Below are positions 27,926 to 36,374 of a DNA stretch of 64,000 bases, piece by piece; within the stretch, counting starts at the first letter, position 1, and each line of letters starts with the position of its first letter. The translations under genes and the position numbers were made by a program. The notes under the pieces are model-generated. The model saw only the letters and a list, made by a program, of their open reading frames with translations, made no database searches and was not told the origin of the DNA. Source of the DNA: Candidatus Latescibacterota bacterium (GTDB lineage: Bacteria > Latescibacterota > UBA2968 > SICM01); NCBI GenBank assembly GCA_965217865.1, contig CBDCJO010000002.1, positions 2,080,001 through 2,144,000 on the forward strand, in the 5' to 3' direction.

Positions 27926-29125
27926 GTGCGAAACGGCCGCAGCGGCCTTCTCGCCCACCAGCCGATCTTCTTTGAACCGGCTCAAGGCAAACGGTTTGAT
28001 CAGATCCGGGACTTCGCCGGTCGCGATCAACTCAGCCGTCCGGTATCCGGCCACCGGGCCCGCCTTGAATCCATAAGTTCCCCATCCCACATCCAGCACG
28101 AACCCTTCAACACCGTCCGCGACCCCGATGATCGGACTGAAATCCGGCGTCATATCGCAGACCCCCGCCCATTGTCTCAGGACCCGGACCCTGTGAAGGT
28201 CAGGTAGGATTTCAAGTGCGTGCCTTGCGCAACTTTCGAGAAAAGGAAGCGTCGATCGGGTGTTGTAGCACGAATAAGGATCGATCTCTGCGCCCAGGAC
28301 GAATTCCCCGCGGTCCGTCTGGCTGATGTAGACATGCAGGTTGGATGACACGAGGACCTTGTCGAGAAAGGGCTTCATCGGCTCAGTGACCATGGCCTGG
28401 AGAGGATGCGAGACGATCGGGAGATCAAGGCCGACCATCTTCGCAATGGTCGAGCAATAACCGGCCGTGGCATTCAGGACGGTCTCAGTCTGAATCTCCC
28501 CCCGGTCCGTGAAAACGGCCCGGACGCGTCCTTTTTCTACCTTGATGCCCGTTACAGTCGTGAACGGGTGGATATGAATCCCAACGCGATCTGCCCCTCG
28601 GGCGTATCCCCATACCACGGCGTCGTGTCGGATGATCCCGCCGGGGGGATGATAAAGTCCGGCGAGGATCGGAGTACGGGTATGACGATCGATGTTGATG
28701 GCCGGAACCATCTCACGAAGTTCCTGTGGTCCGACTAGGTAGCTTTTGACACCCATCAACCGGTTTGTCTCCGCCCGTTCGCGCAGGCCGTTCACAGACC
28801 GGTCAGAGTGGGCAAGTGTGATATGGCCTTGCTGAGAAAACAGGAGATTGTAGTCAAGCTCTTTCGAAAGGGCTTCGTAAAGCTTCAGACCCTCTGAATA
28901 AAAAGCGATCCCCTCCGAAGTACGATAATTCGCGCGAAGGATGGCCGTATTTCTCCCACTCGCCCCGCTGCCGATGTAATTTTTCTCCAGAACGGCTACG
29001 TTTCGGATCCCACGCTGCCCCAGGTAGTAGGCCGTTGCGAGGCCGTGGACACCCCCTCCCACGATCACAACATCATAACAACTCTTCAACGGTCGGCTCG
29101 CAGACCACATGCGCGTCGGACTCAT
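27923..29125 (-). CDS. mgdA: N-methylglutamate dehydrogenase/sarcosine oxidase beta-like FAD subunit
   Basis: VGGGVHGLATAYYL, GRNTAILRANY, RHDAVVWGYARGA, DMTPDFSPI and GWGTYGFKA motifs. Confidence 0.85.
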   Translation of the reverse strand: MSPTRMWSASRPLKSCYDVVIVGGGVHGLATAYYLGQRGIRNVAVLEKNYIGSGASGRNTAILRANYRTSEGIAFYSEGLKLYEALSKELDYNLLFSQQGHITLAHSDRSVNGLRERAETNRLMGVKSYLVGPQELREMVPAINIDRHTRTPILAGLYHPPGGIIRHDAVVWGYARGADRVGIHIHPFTTVTGIKVEKGRVRAVFTDRGEIQTETVLNATAGYCSTIAKMVGLDLPIVSHPLQAMVTEPMKPFLDKVLVSSNLHVYISQTDRGEFVLGAEIDPYSCYNTRSTLPFLESCARHALEILPDLHRVRVLRQWAGVCDMTPDFSPIIGVADGVEGFVLDVGWGTYGFKAGPVAGYRTAELIATGEVPDLIKPFALSRFKEDRLVGEKAAAAVSH

Positions 29126-29465
29126 ATCTGATCTCTGATCCTCAGTTCTTGGGGTGACCTAAAAATCCTTAAATCCGTGAATTTTCTATTTCAAAATAGT
29201 GCTTCTACCTCCCTCACATCCTCAGGCCAATGTACTTCCATGGCCCTTGAAAGGCAATGAATTTAAAAGGGATTCAGGCCATGTGCCTTGAATTTTTTGA
29301 TTGCCTTTTATACTTAGATTTGGTAGAGTTATATGCTTCTTTTCAAGATTAATCTTCACGCTTCTACCTGCCCTTTGGTGATGGAAAATGGGTGCATGCG
29401 TCTGTCCAAAGACAAAATTGGCTTCCGGTTTGGATGCCCGCGAGCGGTGTCTGCTCATCAATGAC

Positions 29466-30836
29466 ATGACCCCTCCGGGTGGACTCTACCCCGAAGAGCA
29501 TCGTGATGTGCACAACCGATCGAACGCACCCTGGCGCATCTCTCCCGAACCCTTCTGGATCCCCCGATCTATCCTTGAACAGGTAGAGACCCTCGGCGGG
29601 CAGCTCTTGAAGTTCTATAAAGCCTGCAACAGACTATACTCCCAGAGCGTTCGGGGCATTCAGCCGGCCTGGGTCGCCGATTACCTCGACAGAGGAAAGC
29701 CCGAGTCCCTCATCGCCTACGGCAGGATGAACCGGATCAAACGACACCTCCCCGCCATCATCCGCCCTGATCTGATCTACGGAAAGGACGGGTTCGTTGC
29801 GACAGAGCTCGATTCCGTACCCGGGGGCATCGGATTCACCGCCAGCCTTGCCGGGCGATATGGACGACTGGGATATCCCATCGTCGGATCCGACGACGGG
29901 TTGATCACCGGATTTGCGGATTTTGCCCGCTCCGTCGGGGAAGGGGATGATCCAACACTCGCAATCGTGGTCTCGGAGGAGGCCGCGAACTACCAGGCGG
30001 AGATGGTATGGCTCGGCGAGGAATTAAATCGGATCGGACTGAAGACTGCCGTCGTCCGCCCCGATGAAGTCCTCTTCTCCGAAGATGGCCTGAAGGTGGA
30101 GTTCGGGGGATTTCCGGTCCGGATCGACGTCATGTATCGTTTCTTCGAGCTCTTCGACCTTAAAAATATCCCCAAGGCTGAGCTTCTGCTCTATGCAGCC
30201 AAGAGGGGGACCGTGATGATGACCCCACCGGGTAAAGCCTATCTCGAAGAAAAGCTTTGGATAGCCCTCTTTCACCTGCCCGTCATCGAGGGGTTCTGGA
30301 TTCGGGAATTGGGAGGGGAGACATTTGCCTACCTTAAATCTACCTTCCCGAAAACCTGGATCCTCGACACGAGACCGGTCCCCCCGCACGCCGCCATTCC
30401 AGGGATTAAGGTCCGCGGGCAGGCCGTCTCCGACTGGGATGGCATTCGAAGCCTGACTCAGAAAGAACGCACGCTCGTGATTAAGCCATCCGGCTTCTCT
30501 GAGGTGGCCTGGGGAAGTCGTGGCGTCTCTGTAGGCCACGATATGTCCGAGGAAGCATGGGGTGAAGTCCTTGATAACGCCCTGGCAAATTTTGAGAGCT
30601 CCCCTTACATCCTCCAGGAGTTTCACAAGGGGGAGAAGCACGGGGTGGACTACTACGATTTTGAGACCGACGCGATCAAAAGAATGAACGGTCGGGCCCG
30701 GCTCTGTCCCTATTTCTATGTCATCGATGACGAAGCCAGGCTAGGAGGAATCCTGGCAACAATCTGTCCCCCGGACAAGAAACTCCTGCACGGCATGGTA
30801 GATGCCGTGATGGTTCCCTGTGGCGTGGAAAGTTGA
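29466..30836 (+). CDS. Uncharacterised ATP-grasp-like ligase (glutathionylspermidine synthetase/circularly permuted ATP-grasp-like)
   Basis: IIRPDL...TELDSVPGG, YRFFELFD, LEEKLW, VIKPSG...AWGSRGV, YILQEF and RARLCPYF resemble ATP-grasp ligase motifs. Family assignment is inference. Confidence 0.55.
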   Translation: MTPPGGLYPEEHRDVHNRSNAPWRISPEPFWIPRSILEQVETLGGQLLKFYKACNRLYSQSVRGIQPAWVADYLDRGKPESLIAYGRMNRIKRHLPAIIRPDLIYGKDGFVATELDSVPGGIGFTASLAGRYGRLGYPIVGSDDGLITGFADFARSVGEGDDPTLAIVVSEEAANYQAEMVWLGEELNRIGLKTAVVRPDEVLFSEDGLKVEFGGFPVRIDVMYRFFELFDLKNIPKAELLLYAAKRGTVMMTPPGKAYLEEKLWIALFHLPVIEGFWIRELGGETFAYLKSTFPKTWILDTRPVPPHAAIPGIKVRGQAVSDWDGIRSLTQKERTLVIKPSGFSEVAWGSRGVSVGHDMSEEAWGEVLDNALANFESSPYILQEFHKGEKHGVDYYDFETDAIKRMNGRARLCPYFYVIDDEARLGGILATICPPDKKLLHGMVDAVMVPCGVES

Positions 30837-30892
30837 ATTCCCCCCCCTATGGTTCAACCAAACACCCTCGACCCGGTAAGGAGATCGACAGC

Positions 30893-31741
30893 GTGACTCC
30901 CGAGAAACTCGATGGTAAATTAGACCGGTTAAACGATATCCTAAGCTCTTTGGGGAGCGCCATTGTGGCCTTCTCTGGCGGAGTCGATAGTACCTTCTTG
31001 GCGAAGGCGGCAAGCCTGGCCCTCGGGGATCAGGCACTGGCAGTCACAGCCGTTTCCGAAAGCTACGCCGACGGTGAATTGGAAGGAGCCAAGGTCGTCG
31101 CACGACAGATCGGTATCCGACACGAGATCGTAGAGACCGATGAGTTGCAAAACCCCGATTACATCAAGAACGGTCCAGATCGATGCTTTCATTGCAAAAC
31201 CGAGCTCGTAGACAAACTGGACGAAATTCGGGATAGATACAAGGGTCGTTTCCAACATCTCATATACGGTGCGAATCTGGACGACGGGAACGACTTCCGG
31301 CCCGGGATGAACGCCGCTGAAAGTCGGGGTATGCGGGCTCCCTTGGTGGAAGCGGAGTTGACGAAGGGTGAAATTCGGGAACTGTCCCGCCGATGGGGAT
31401 TGCCGACTTGGGACCTTCCCGCCGCAGCTTGTCTCTCCTCCCGCATCCCCTATGGGACCCCGGTGACAGCAGAGGCCCTTTCGATGATCGACCGAGCGGA
31501 GTCCTTCCTTAGGGAACTGGGATTCGGGCAGGTCCGGGTTCGACATCACGAGAATATCGCTCGAATCGAGGTCCCTCCTGAGGAGATGCCCATGTTCTTC
31601 GAAAAGGGACTCAACGAACGGATCTCTGCCCGCCTCAAGGAGATCGGCTACCTCTATGCGACGCTCGACCTCTTGGGATACCGCAGTGGGAGTCTGAACG
31701 AAGCAATCGGGAAGTCCCCATTATTGAAGGTTTCGAGTTGA
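30893..31741 (+). CDS. larE: LarE-family ATP-dependent sulfur transferase (PP-loop)
   Basis: AFSGGVDST, RCFHCK, DFRPG, ACLSSRIPYG, RVRHH and GYRSGSLN motifs. GTG start has an AAGGAG RBS. Confidence 0.88.
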   Translation: MTPEKLDGKLDRLNDILSSLGSAIVAFSGGVDSTFLAKAASLALGDQALAVTAVSESYADGELEGAKVVARQIGIRHEIVETDELQNPDYIKNGPDRCFHCKTELVDKLDEIRDRYKGRFQHLIYGANLDDGNDFRPGMNAAESRGMRAPLVEAELTKGEIRELSRRWGLPTWDLPAAACLSSRIPYGTPVTAEALSMIDRAESFLRELGFGQVRVRHHENIARIEVPPEEMPMFFEKGLNERISARLKEIGYLYATLDLLGYRSGSLNEAIGKSPLLKVSS

Positions 31742-32313
31742 ATCCGATGAACCTGCTAGAAATAAAAAAATACGGCTGCCCGGTACTCCGGAAAAAGGCC
31801 GCATTGGTAACATCCTTCGACGCGCAGGTCAAGGCCCTGGTCGAGGATATGTTTGAAACGATGTACGAAGCCAAGGGTGTCGGCCTGGCTGCGCCGCAGG
31901 TGGGGGTTCTCCAACGCATCACGGTCCTGGACGTCGGAATTCACGACCCCGAGTTTCAACCCGTTTCCCTGATCAACCCTGAGATCCTGGAGGTGGACGG
32001 AATGATCGACGGGGATGAGGGTTGCCTCAGCTTTCAGGGCCTGACCGCCGAGGTAAAGCGGCCGACGAAAACCCGGGTTCGAGGATTCGACGCCGAGGGA
32101 AGACCCATCGAATTGGAAGTGTCTGACATCAGCGCAAGGGTCGTTGTCCATGAGATCGAGCATCTCGACGGCATCCTCTTCATCGACCACGTCAACGCGC
32201 TCAAACGACAGCTGATGCGAAGCCCCCTCCGGAAACTCCAAAAGGAGGGGCTGAAACAAACCATGGACAAGAAGATCGTAAAACCCCAGGCAACCAGCGA
32301 TCTAAGGTCTTGA
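31738..32313 (+). CDS. def: Peptide deformylase
   Basis: GVGLAAPQVG, EGCLS and HEIEHLDG motifs. Confidence 0.92.
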   Translation: MNPMNLLEIKKYGCPVLRKKAALVTSFDAQVKALVEDMFETMYEAKGVGLAAPQVGVLQRITVLDVGIHDPEFQPVSLINPEILEVDGMIDGDEGCLSFQGLTAEVKRPTKTRVRGFDAEGRPIELEVSDISARVVVHEIEHLDGILFIDHVNALKRQLMRSPLRKLQKEGLKQTMDKKIVKPQATSDLRS

Positions 32314-32332
32314 GCGTCTCCCAGAAGGTTTA

Positions 32333-33166
32333 ATGGATAAGCGGATCGACCTCCACCTCCACTCCACCTGTTCCGACGGGACTGTTGGACCGGTAACTGT
32401 TGTCGAGAAGGCCCACGAAGCAGGTTTGAAGGCCATAAGCCTGACGGACCACGACAACGTAGATGGTGTGGAAATCGCAATAACCGCCGGAGAGTCCGTG
32501 GGTCTGGAGGTCATATCGGGGGTCGAGTTATCGGCCACGCTGGAAGGGATGGATATCCATATATTGGCCTACCTTGTCGACCCGAACCACCCGTCTCTGC
32601 TCGATTATCTTCGTATCTTTCGGGATGAACGCATGAACCGGGCCGAGCGGATCGTGAAAAGACTCAACCAGCTCGGAATCGGTCTTACCATCCACGCCGT
32701 CAAGGCCAAGGCCCAGGAGGGTGCTGTCGGGCGACCTCACATCGCCGATGCTATGGTTGAGGAGGGATATGTCTTTTCCATCCCCGAGGCCTTCCAGAAA
32801 TACCTTGGCTACAACCGGCCGGCCTACGAGAGAAAATATGTGCTGTCTCCGGAGGAGGCCATCGGGTTGATTCACGAAGCCAGCGGCCTGGCATCCCTCG
32901 CGCATCCCGGAATCTACAAACGGGACGACCTGCTGTCACACCTGGTCTCCTGTGGCCTTGACGGAATCGAGACCATACACGCCAAACATACCCCGGAACA
33001 GGTCAGACATTTCAGAGAATCTGCGAAACTACACGGTTTGCTCGAGACCGGGGGATCGGACTGCCACGGGGGGGGGCGTGTCCAGCCCACAATGGGAACC
33101 GTGGAAGTACCCTACAGCTTCCTGGAACGTCTTAGAGAAGCGTGGAGGAAGATGGTGGCAAGTTGA
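32333..33166 (+). CDS. PHP domain phosphoesterase (TrpH/YciV-like)
   Basis: DLHLHSTCSDG, LTDHD, GRPHIA, LAHPG and TGGSDCHG motifs. Confidence 0.88.
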   Translation: MDKRIDLHLHSTCSDGTVGPVTVVEKAHEAGLKAISLTDHDNVDGVEIAITAGESVGLEVISGVELSATLEGMDIHILAYLVDPNHPSLLDYLRIFRDERMNRAERIVKRLNQLGIGLTIHAVKAKAQEGAVGRPHIADAMVEEGYVFSIPEAFQKYLGYNRPAYERKYVLSPEEAIGLIHEASGLASLAHPGIYKRDDLLSHLVSCGLDGIETIHAKHTPEQVRHFRESAKLHGLLETGGSDCHGGGRVQPTMGTVEVPYSFLERLREAWRKMVAS

Positions 33167-33411
33167 AAGTCAAAGTTTCCTTGTTTGCCTCATGCCGTGA
33201 AGTCGTGGGGGAGAAAGAGGTCGACGTGGAGATACCCGATGGGTCCACTGCCGGGGAAGTCATGGATCGACTCTGTAAAACCTATCCCGGTCTGGAGGTC
33301 ATGCGGGGAAAAGTAGGCCTTGCGGTCAATGAGGAGTACATCCATTCAGGGACACCCCTCGGGCAGGGGGACACCCTGGCATTGATTCCGCCTGTGAGCG
33401 GTGGAAGTTGA
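33163..33411 (+). CDS. moaD: MoaD/ThiS family sulfur carrier, C-terminus PPVSGGS
   Basis: LFASCREVVG, AVNEEY and ALIPPVSGG, followed by AGT TGA. Confidence 0.85.
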   Translation: MKVKVSLFASCREVVGEKEVDVEIPDGSTAGEVMDRLCKTYPGLEVMRGKVGLAVNEEYIHSGTPLGQGDTLALIPPVSGGS

Positions 33412-33467
33412 AGAATTGTCGTAGCTCACCCAGAACCCCACGATTGGATTCTATCCTGACCGAAACC

Positions 33468-33905
33468 ATGAAAGAGGACATTTTCCGAATAACCGAGGAA
33501 CCCATCCGGCCAGATGCCCTGTTCGACCTTGTCCGCTCGGATCAAGACGGCGCAGTCGTCACTTTTGCCGGGGTGGTCCGCGACAATTCGCTTGGTCATG
33601 AGACGCGACATATCGTCTATGATGCCTATCGAAAGATGGCTGAGAAAAAGCTCCGTGAAATCGGTTCCAGGATCAAGAAGAACTGGGGTCTGGAACACAT
33701 CGCCATTCTCCACCGGGTAGGCAGGCTGGAAATCGGTGAGATTAGTGTTCTCATCGCTGTGGGGTCTCCTCACAGGAAGGAGGCCTTCGAGGCCTGTCAC
33801 GACGCTATTGAACGCCTCAAACAGACCGTGCCGATCTGGAAAAAGGAGACATGGACGGACGGGGAAACCTGGATCGAGGGTGCGAGACCCGTCGATAACC
33901 CGTAA
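33468..33905 (+). CDS. moaE: Molybdopterin synthase catalytic subunit
   Basis: GAVVTFAGVVR, HRVGRL, SPHRKEAF and PIWKKE motifs. Confidence 0.9.
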   Translation: MKEDIFRITEEPIRPDALFDLVRSDQDGAVVTFAGVVRDNSLGHETRHIVYDAYRKMAEKKLREIGSRIKKNWGLEHIAILHRVGRLEIGEISVLIAVGSPHRKEAFEACHDAIERLKQTVPIWKKETWTDGETWIEGARPVDNP

Positions 33906-33980
33906 TTTGGTTTTGTTCGGGGATCGGTATCCAATTCTGGGGCGACGCACGCGTCGCCCTTACTTGTATCATAGGAGGAG

Positions 33981-34886
33981 ATGATGGGAAGAAAAATCGG
34001 CTTTGTCGGGCTTGGGATCATGGGAAAACCCATGGCCCAAAATCTCCTGAAAGCAGGTCACAGCCTGACTGTCCACAACCGAAGCAAGGCATCTGTCCGG
34101 GAGCTTGTTGCCGGAGGCGCAACGGATGGGAAGTCGCCAAGGGGCGTGGCAACGGCATCAGAGGTCATCGTCACGATGCTCCCCGACTCTCCGGACGTGG
34201 ACATGGTCACCCTGGGTCCTGAAGGCATCCTGGAAGGGGCCAAGCCCGGCACCGTCCTGATCGACATGAGCACCATCTCCCCCCAGGTCTCTCAGAGAAT
34301 CTCCGAAGAAGCCGAAAAAAGAGGGGTGGAGATGCTCGATGCCCCGGTAAGCGGTGGAGACGTGGGTGCCCGAGATGGAACGCTCTCGATTATGGTGGGA
34401 GGAAAAAAGGAGGTGTTCGACAAGAGTCTGGACATCCTTTCGGCCATGGGAAAGAACGTCGTCCACGTGGGAAACATCGGTGCGGGCGGGGCGGTGAAAC
34501 TCGCCAACCAGGTGATCGTGGCGGGGACCATTCAGGCGGTTGCCGAAGGTCTCGTCCTGGGAGCAAAAGCCGGGGTGGATCCGGAATTGATCGTCCAGGC
34601 CGTCGGAGGAGGGTTGGCCCGGTGCGGCATCCTTGAAGTTCGAGCGCCACGGATGCTCAGCGGCATCTTTGAACCTGGTTTTATGGTCAAACTCCACCTG
34701 AAGGATCTCGGTCTCGCCCTGAGCGCAGGTAAATCTCTCGATGTGCCCCTCCCCACGACAGCATATGTGAATGAAATGTTCAAGACGTTGGTTGCCCAGG
34801 GAAAGGGAGACCAAGATCACTCATCTCTGCTTCAGATTGTAGAGGGCATGGCGGGGATAGAGGTTCGGAAAAAGTCATCGAACTGA
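33981..34886 (+). CDS. garR: 2-hydroxy-3-oxopropionate (tartronate semialdehyde) reductase
   Basis: GFVGLGIMGKPMA, IDMSTISP, LDAPVSGG, KLANQ and KDL motifs. Confidence 0.8.
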   Translation: MMGRKIGFVGLGIMGKPMAQNLLKAGHSLTVHNRSKASVRELVAGGATDGKSPRGVATASEVIVTMLPDSPDVDMVTLGPEGILEGAKPGTVLIDMSTISPQVSQRISEEAEKRGVEMLDAPVSGGDVGARDGTLSIMVGGKKEVFDKSLDILSAMGKNVVHVGNIGAGGAVKLANQVIVAGTIQAVAEGLVLGAKAGVDPELIVQAVGGGLARCGILEVRAPRMLSGIFEPGFMVKLHLKDLGLALSAGKSLDVPLPTTAYVNEMFKTLVAQGKGDQDHSSLLQIVEGMAGIEVRKKSSN

Positions 34887-34893
34887 GGCCGCT

Positions 34894-35415
34894 TTGCAAA
34901 GTTTCAGCTGGTTGATACAGGATGTGATTGCCGCGTCCGGAGTTCCCGGGAGGCTGTTCATCCCCTCCCCCGAACACATCTCACATCCGATTGAGAAACT
35001 CGAAAACGATCTCCGTTTCCTTTGGGATCAGGGAATTAGGGCGATCCTGTCGCTTACGGAACAGCCGCTCGATCTGAAGACCGTGCAATATTTCAGTTTC
35101 GATTATCTCCATCTCCCGATACACGATATGACGGCTCCGGCCATCGACCAGGTCCTGCTGGCGATCGCCTTCATTGAGCGGTCCGTTGGGTTGGAAAAGC
35201 CTTTGCTCACTCACTGTCTCGTCGGACGCGGACGGACCGGGACGATCCTGGCCTGTTATATGGTCTGGAAAGGCCAGAACGCCCAACAGGCCATAACGGG
35301 GATTCGGGACATACGACCTGGATCAATCGAGACCATGGACCAGGAACGCACGGTGATGGATTATGAAGCGTTCCTCAAAGATGACGGTAAAAACAAAAAG
35401 AATCGGACCATCTGA
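34894..35415 (+). CDS. Dual-specificity/tyrosine protein phosphatase family protein
   Basis: CX5R motif HCLVGRGRTG, plus RPGSIET. Confidence 0.85.
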   Translation: MQSFSWLIQDVIAASGVPGRLFIPSPEHISHPIEKLENDLRFLWDQGIRAILSLTEQPLDLKTVQYFSFDYLHLPIHDMTAPAIDQVLLAIAFIERSVGLEKPLLTHCLVGRGRTGTILACYMVWKGQNAQQAITGIRDIRPGSIETMDQERTVMDYEAFLKDDGKNKKNRTI

Positions 35416-35445
35416 GGATTGATTGACCCAACCGCCTAGATCCGA

Positions 35446-36372
35446 ATGGATGAGATATTCAATACGGCCATTCTTCACATAGCCTTGGCCAAGTCCACAC
35501 CCCTGACATTCGCTGCGATCGGCGGCCTGTTGTCCGAACGCGTGGGTATCATCAATGTGGGTCTGGAGGGGATGATGCTCGTCGGGGCCTACGCCGCAGC
35601 GATAGGTTCTTTGACGTCGGGAAACCCTTGGATGGGGCTGATGGCGGGGGGAACGGCAGGTGGAATCCTTGGTCTTCTTCACGCGGTTGCGTGCATCCGG
35701 CTGAGGTCGGATCATATTGTGAGCGGAACTGCTGTTAATCTTTTGGCCCTCGGGGGGACAGGATTCCTCCTGTTTCAAACCTTCGGATTTCACGGGAACA
35801 CACCCACCGTTCCCAAATTTTCCATATGGGCGTCAACCTATCTGGACGACGTCCCCCTCCTGGGTCCTGCTTTCAATTCCCATGTCCCGACGATCCACCT
35901 CTCCTTCGTGGCCGTCGCGGGGGTCTACCTCCTAATCTACCGTACGATCTGGGGTTTGCGACTGAGGGCCGTTGGGGAACAGCCCCGGGCCGCGTTGTCC
36001 GCCGGAGTTCGCGTGAAACGCATTCAGATGTCAGGTGTCGTACTGGGGGGGGTCTTGGCCGGTTGGGGCGGCGCGCATCTTTCGATCGGAGACCTGAGCC
36101 AGTTTGTGGAGCGGATGACCTCCGGTCGGGGGTTTGTTGCCCTTGCTGCGCTTATCTGCGGCCGGTGGCATCCCGTCGGCGCCCTCGCTGCATGCCTGTT
36201 CTTCGGACTCGCCGAGGCATTCGCCGAAGGCCTCCAGGGGGCTACCCCTCTCCCATCCCAATTCTTTCTCGCCTTGCCTTTCCTGCTCTCCATGGCTGTA
36301 TTGGCGGGGTTTGCCGGGCGATCGAGGCCCCCCCGGGCATTGGGACAAAGGATCGGAGAGGAGGATGGGTAA
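35446..36372 (+). CDS. Sugar/nucleoside (CUT2-type) ABC transporter permease
   Basis: SERVGIINVGLEG, GLRLRAVGE and GRGFVALAALICGRW motifs. Confidence 0.85.
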   Translation: MDEIFNTAILHIALAKSTPLTFAAIGGLLSERVGIINVGLEGMMLVGAYAAAIGSLTSGNPWMGLMAGGTAGGILGLLHAVACIRLRSDHIVSGTAVNLLALGGTGFLLFQTFGFHGNTPTVPKFSIWASTYLDDVPLLGPAFNSHVPTIHLSFVAVAGVYLLIYRTIWGLRLRAVGEQPRAALSAGVRVKRIQMSGVVLGGVLAGWGGAHLSIGDLSQFVERMTSGRGFVALAALICGRWHPVGALAACLFFGLAEAFAEGLQGATPLPSQFFLALPFLLSMAVLAGFAGRSRPPRALGQRIGEEDG

Positions 36373-36374
36373 CA

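Noticed and set aside
29220-29310. Tandem TCAGGCCA motifs and a long hairpin near mgdA suggest a glycine riboswitch
   Set aside because: The orientation is wrong for mgdA and the GGAGA and CCGAAG elements are missing. The hairpin alone is not enough to call.
35826-36374. N-terminal extensions in the ORF track (also 13835-15004, 17641, 60137, 43541)
   Set aside because: They overlap neighbouring genes, promoters or repeats. Downstream starts with an RBS or family-typical N-termini fit better.
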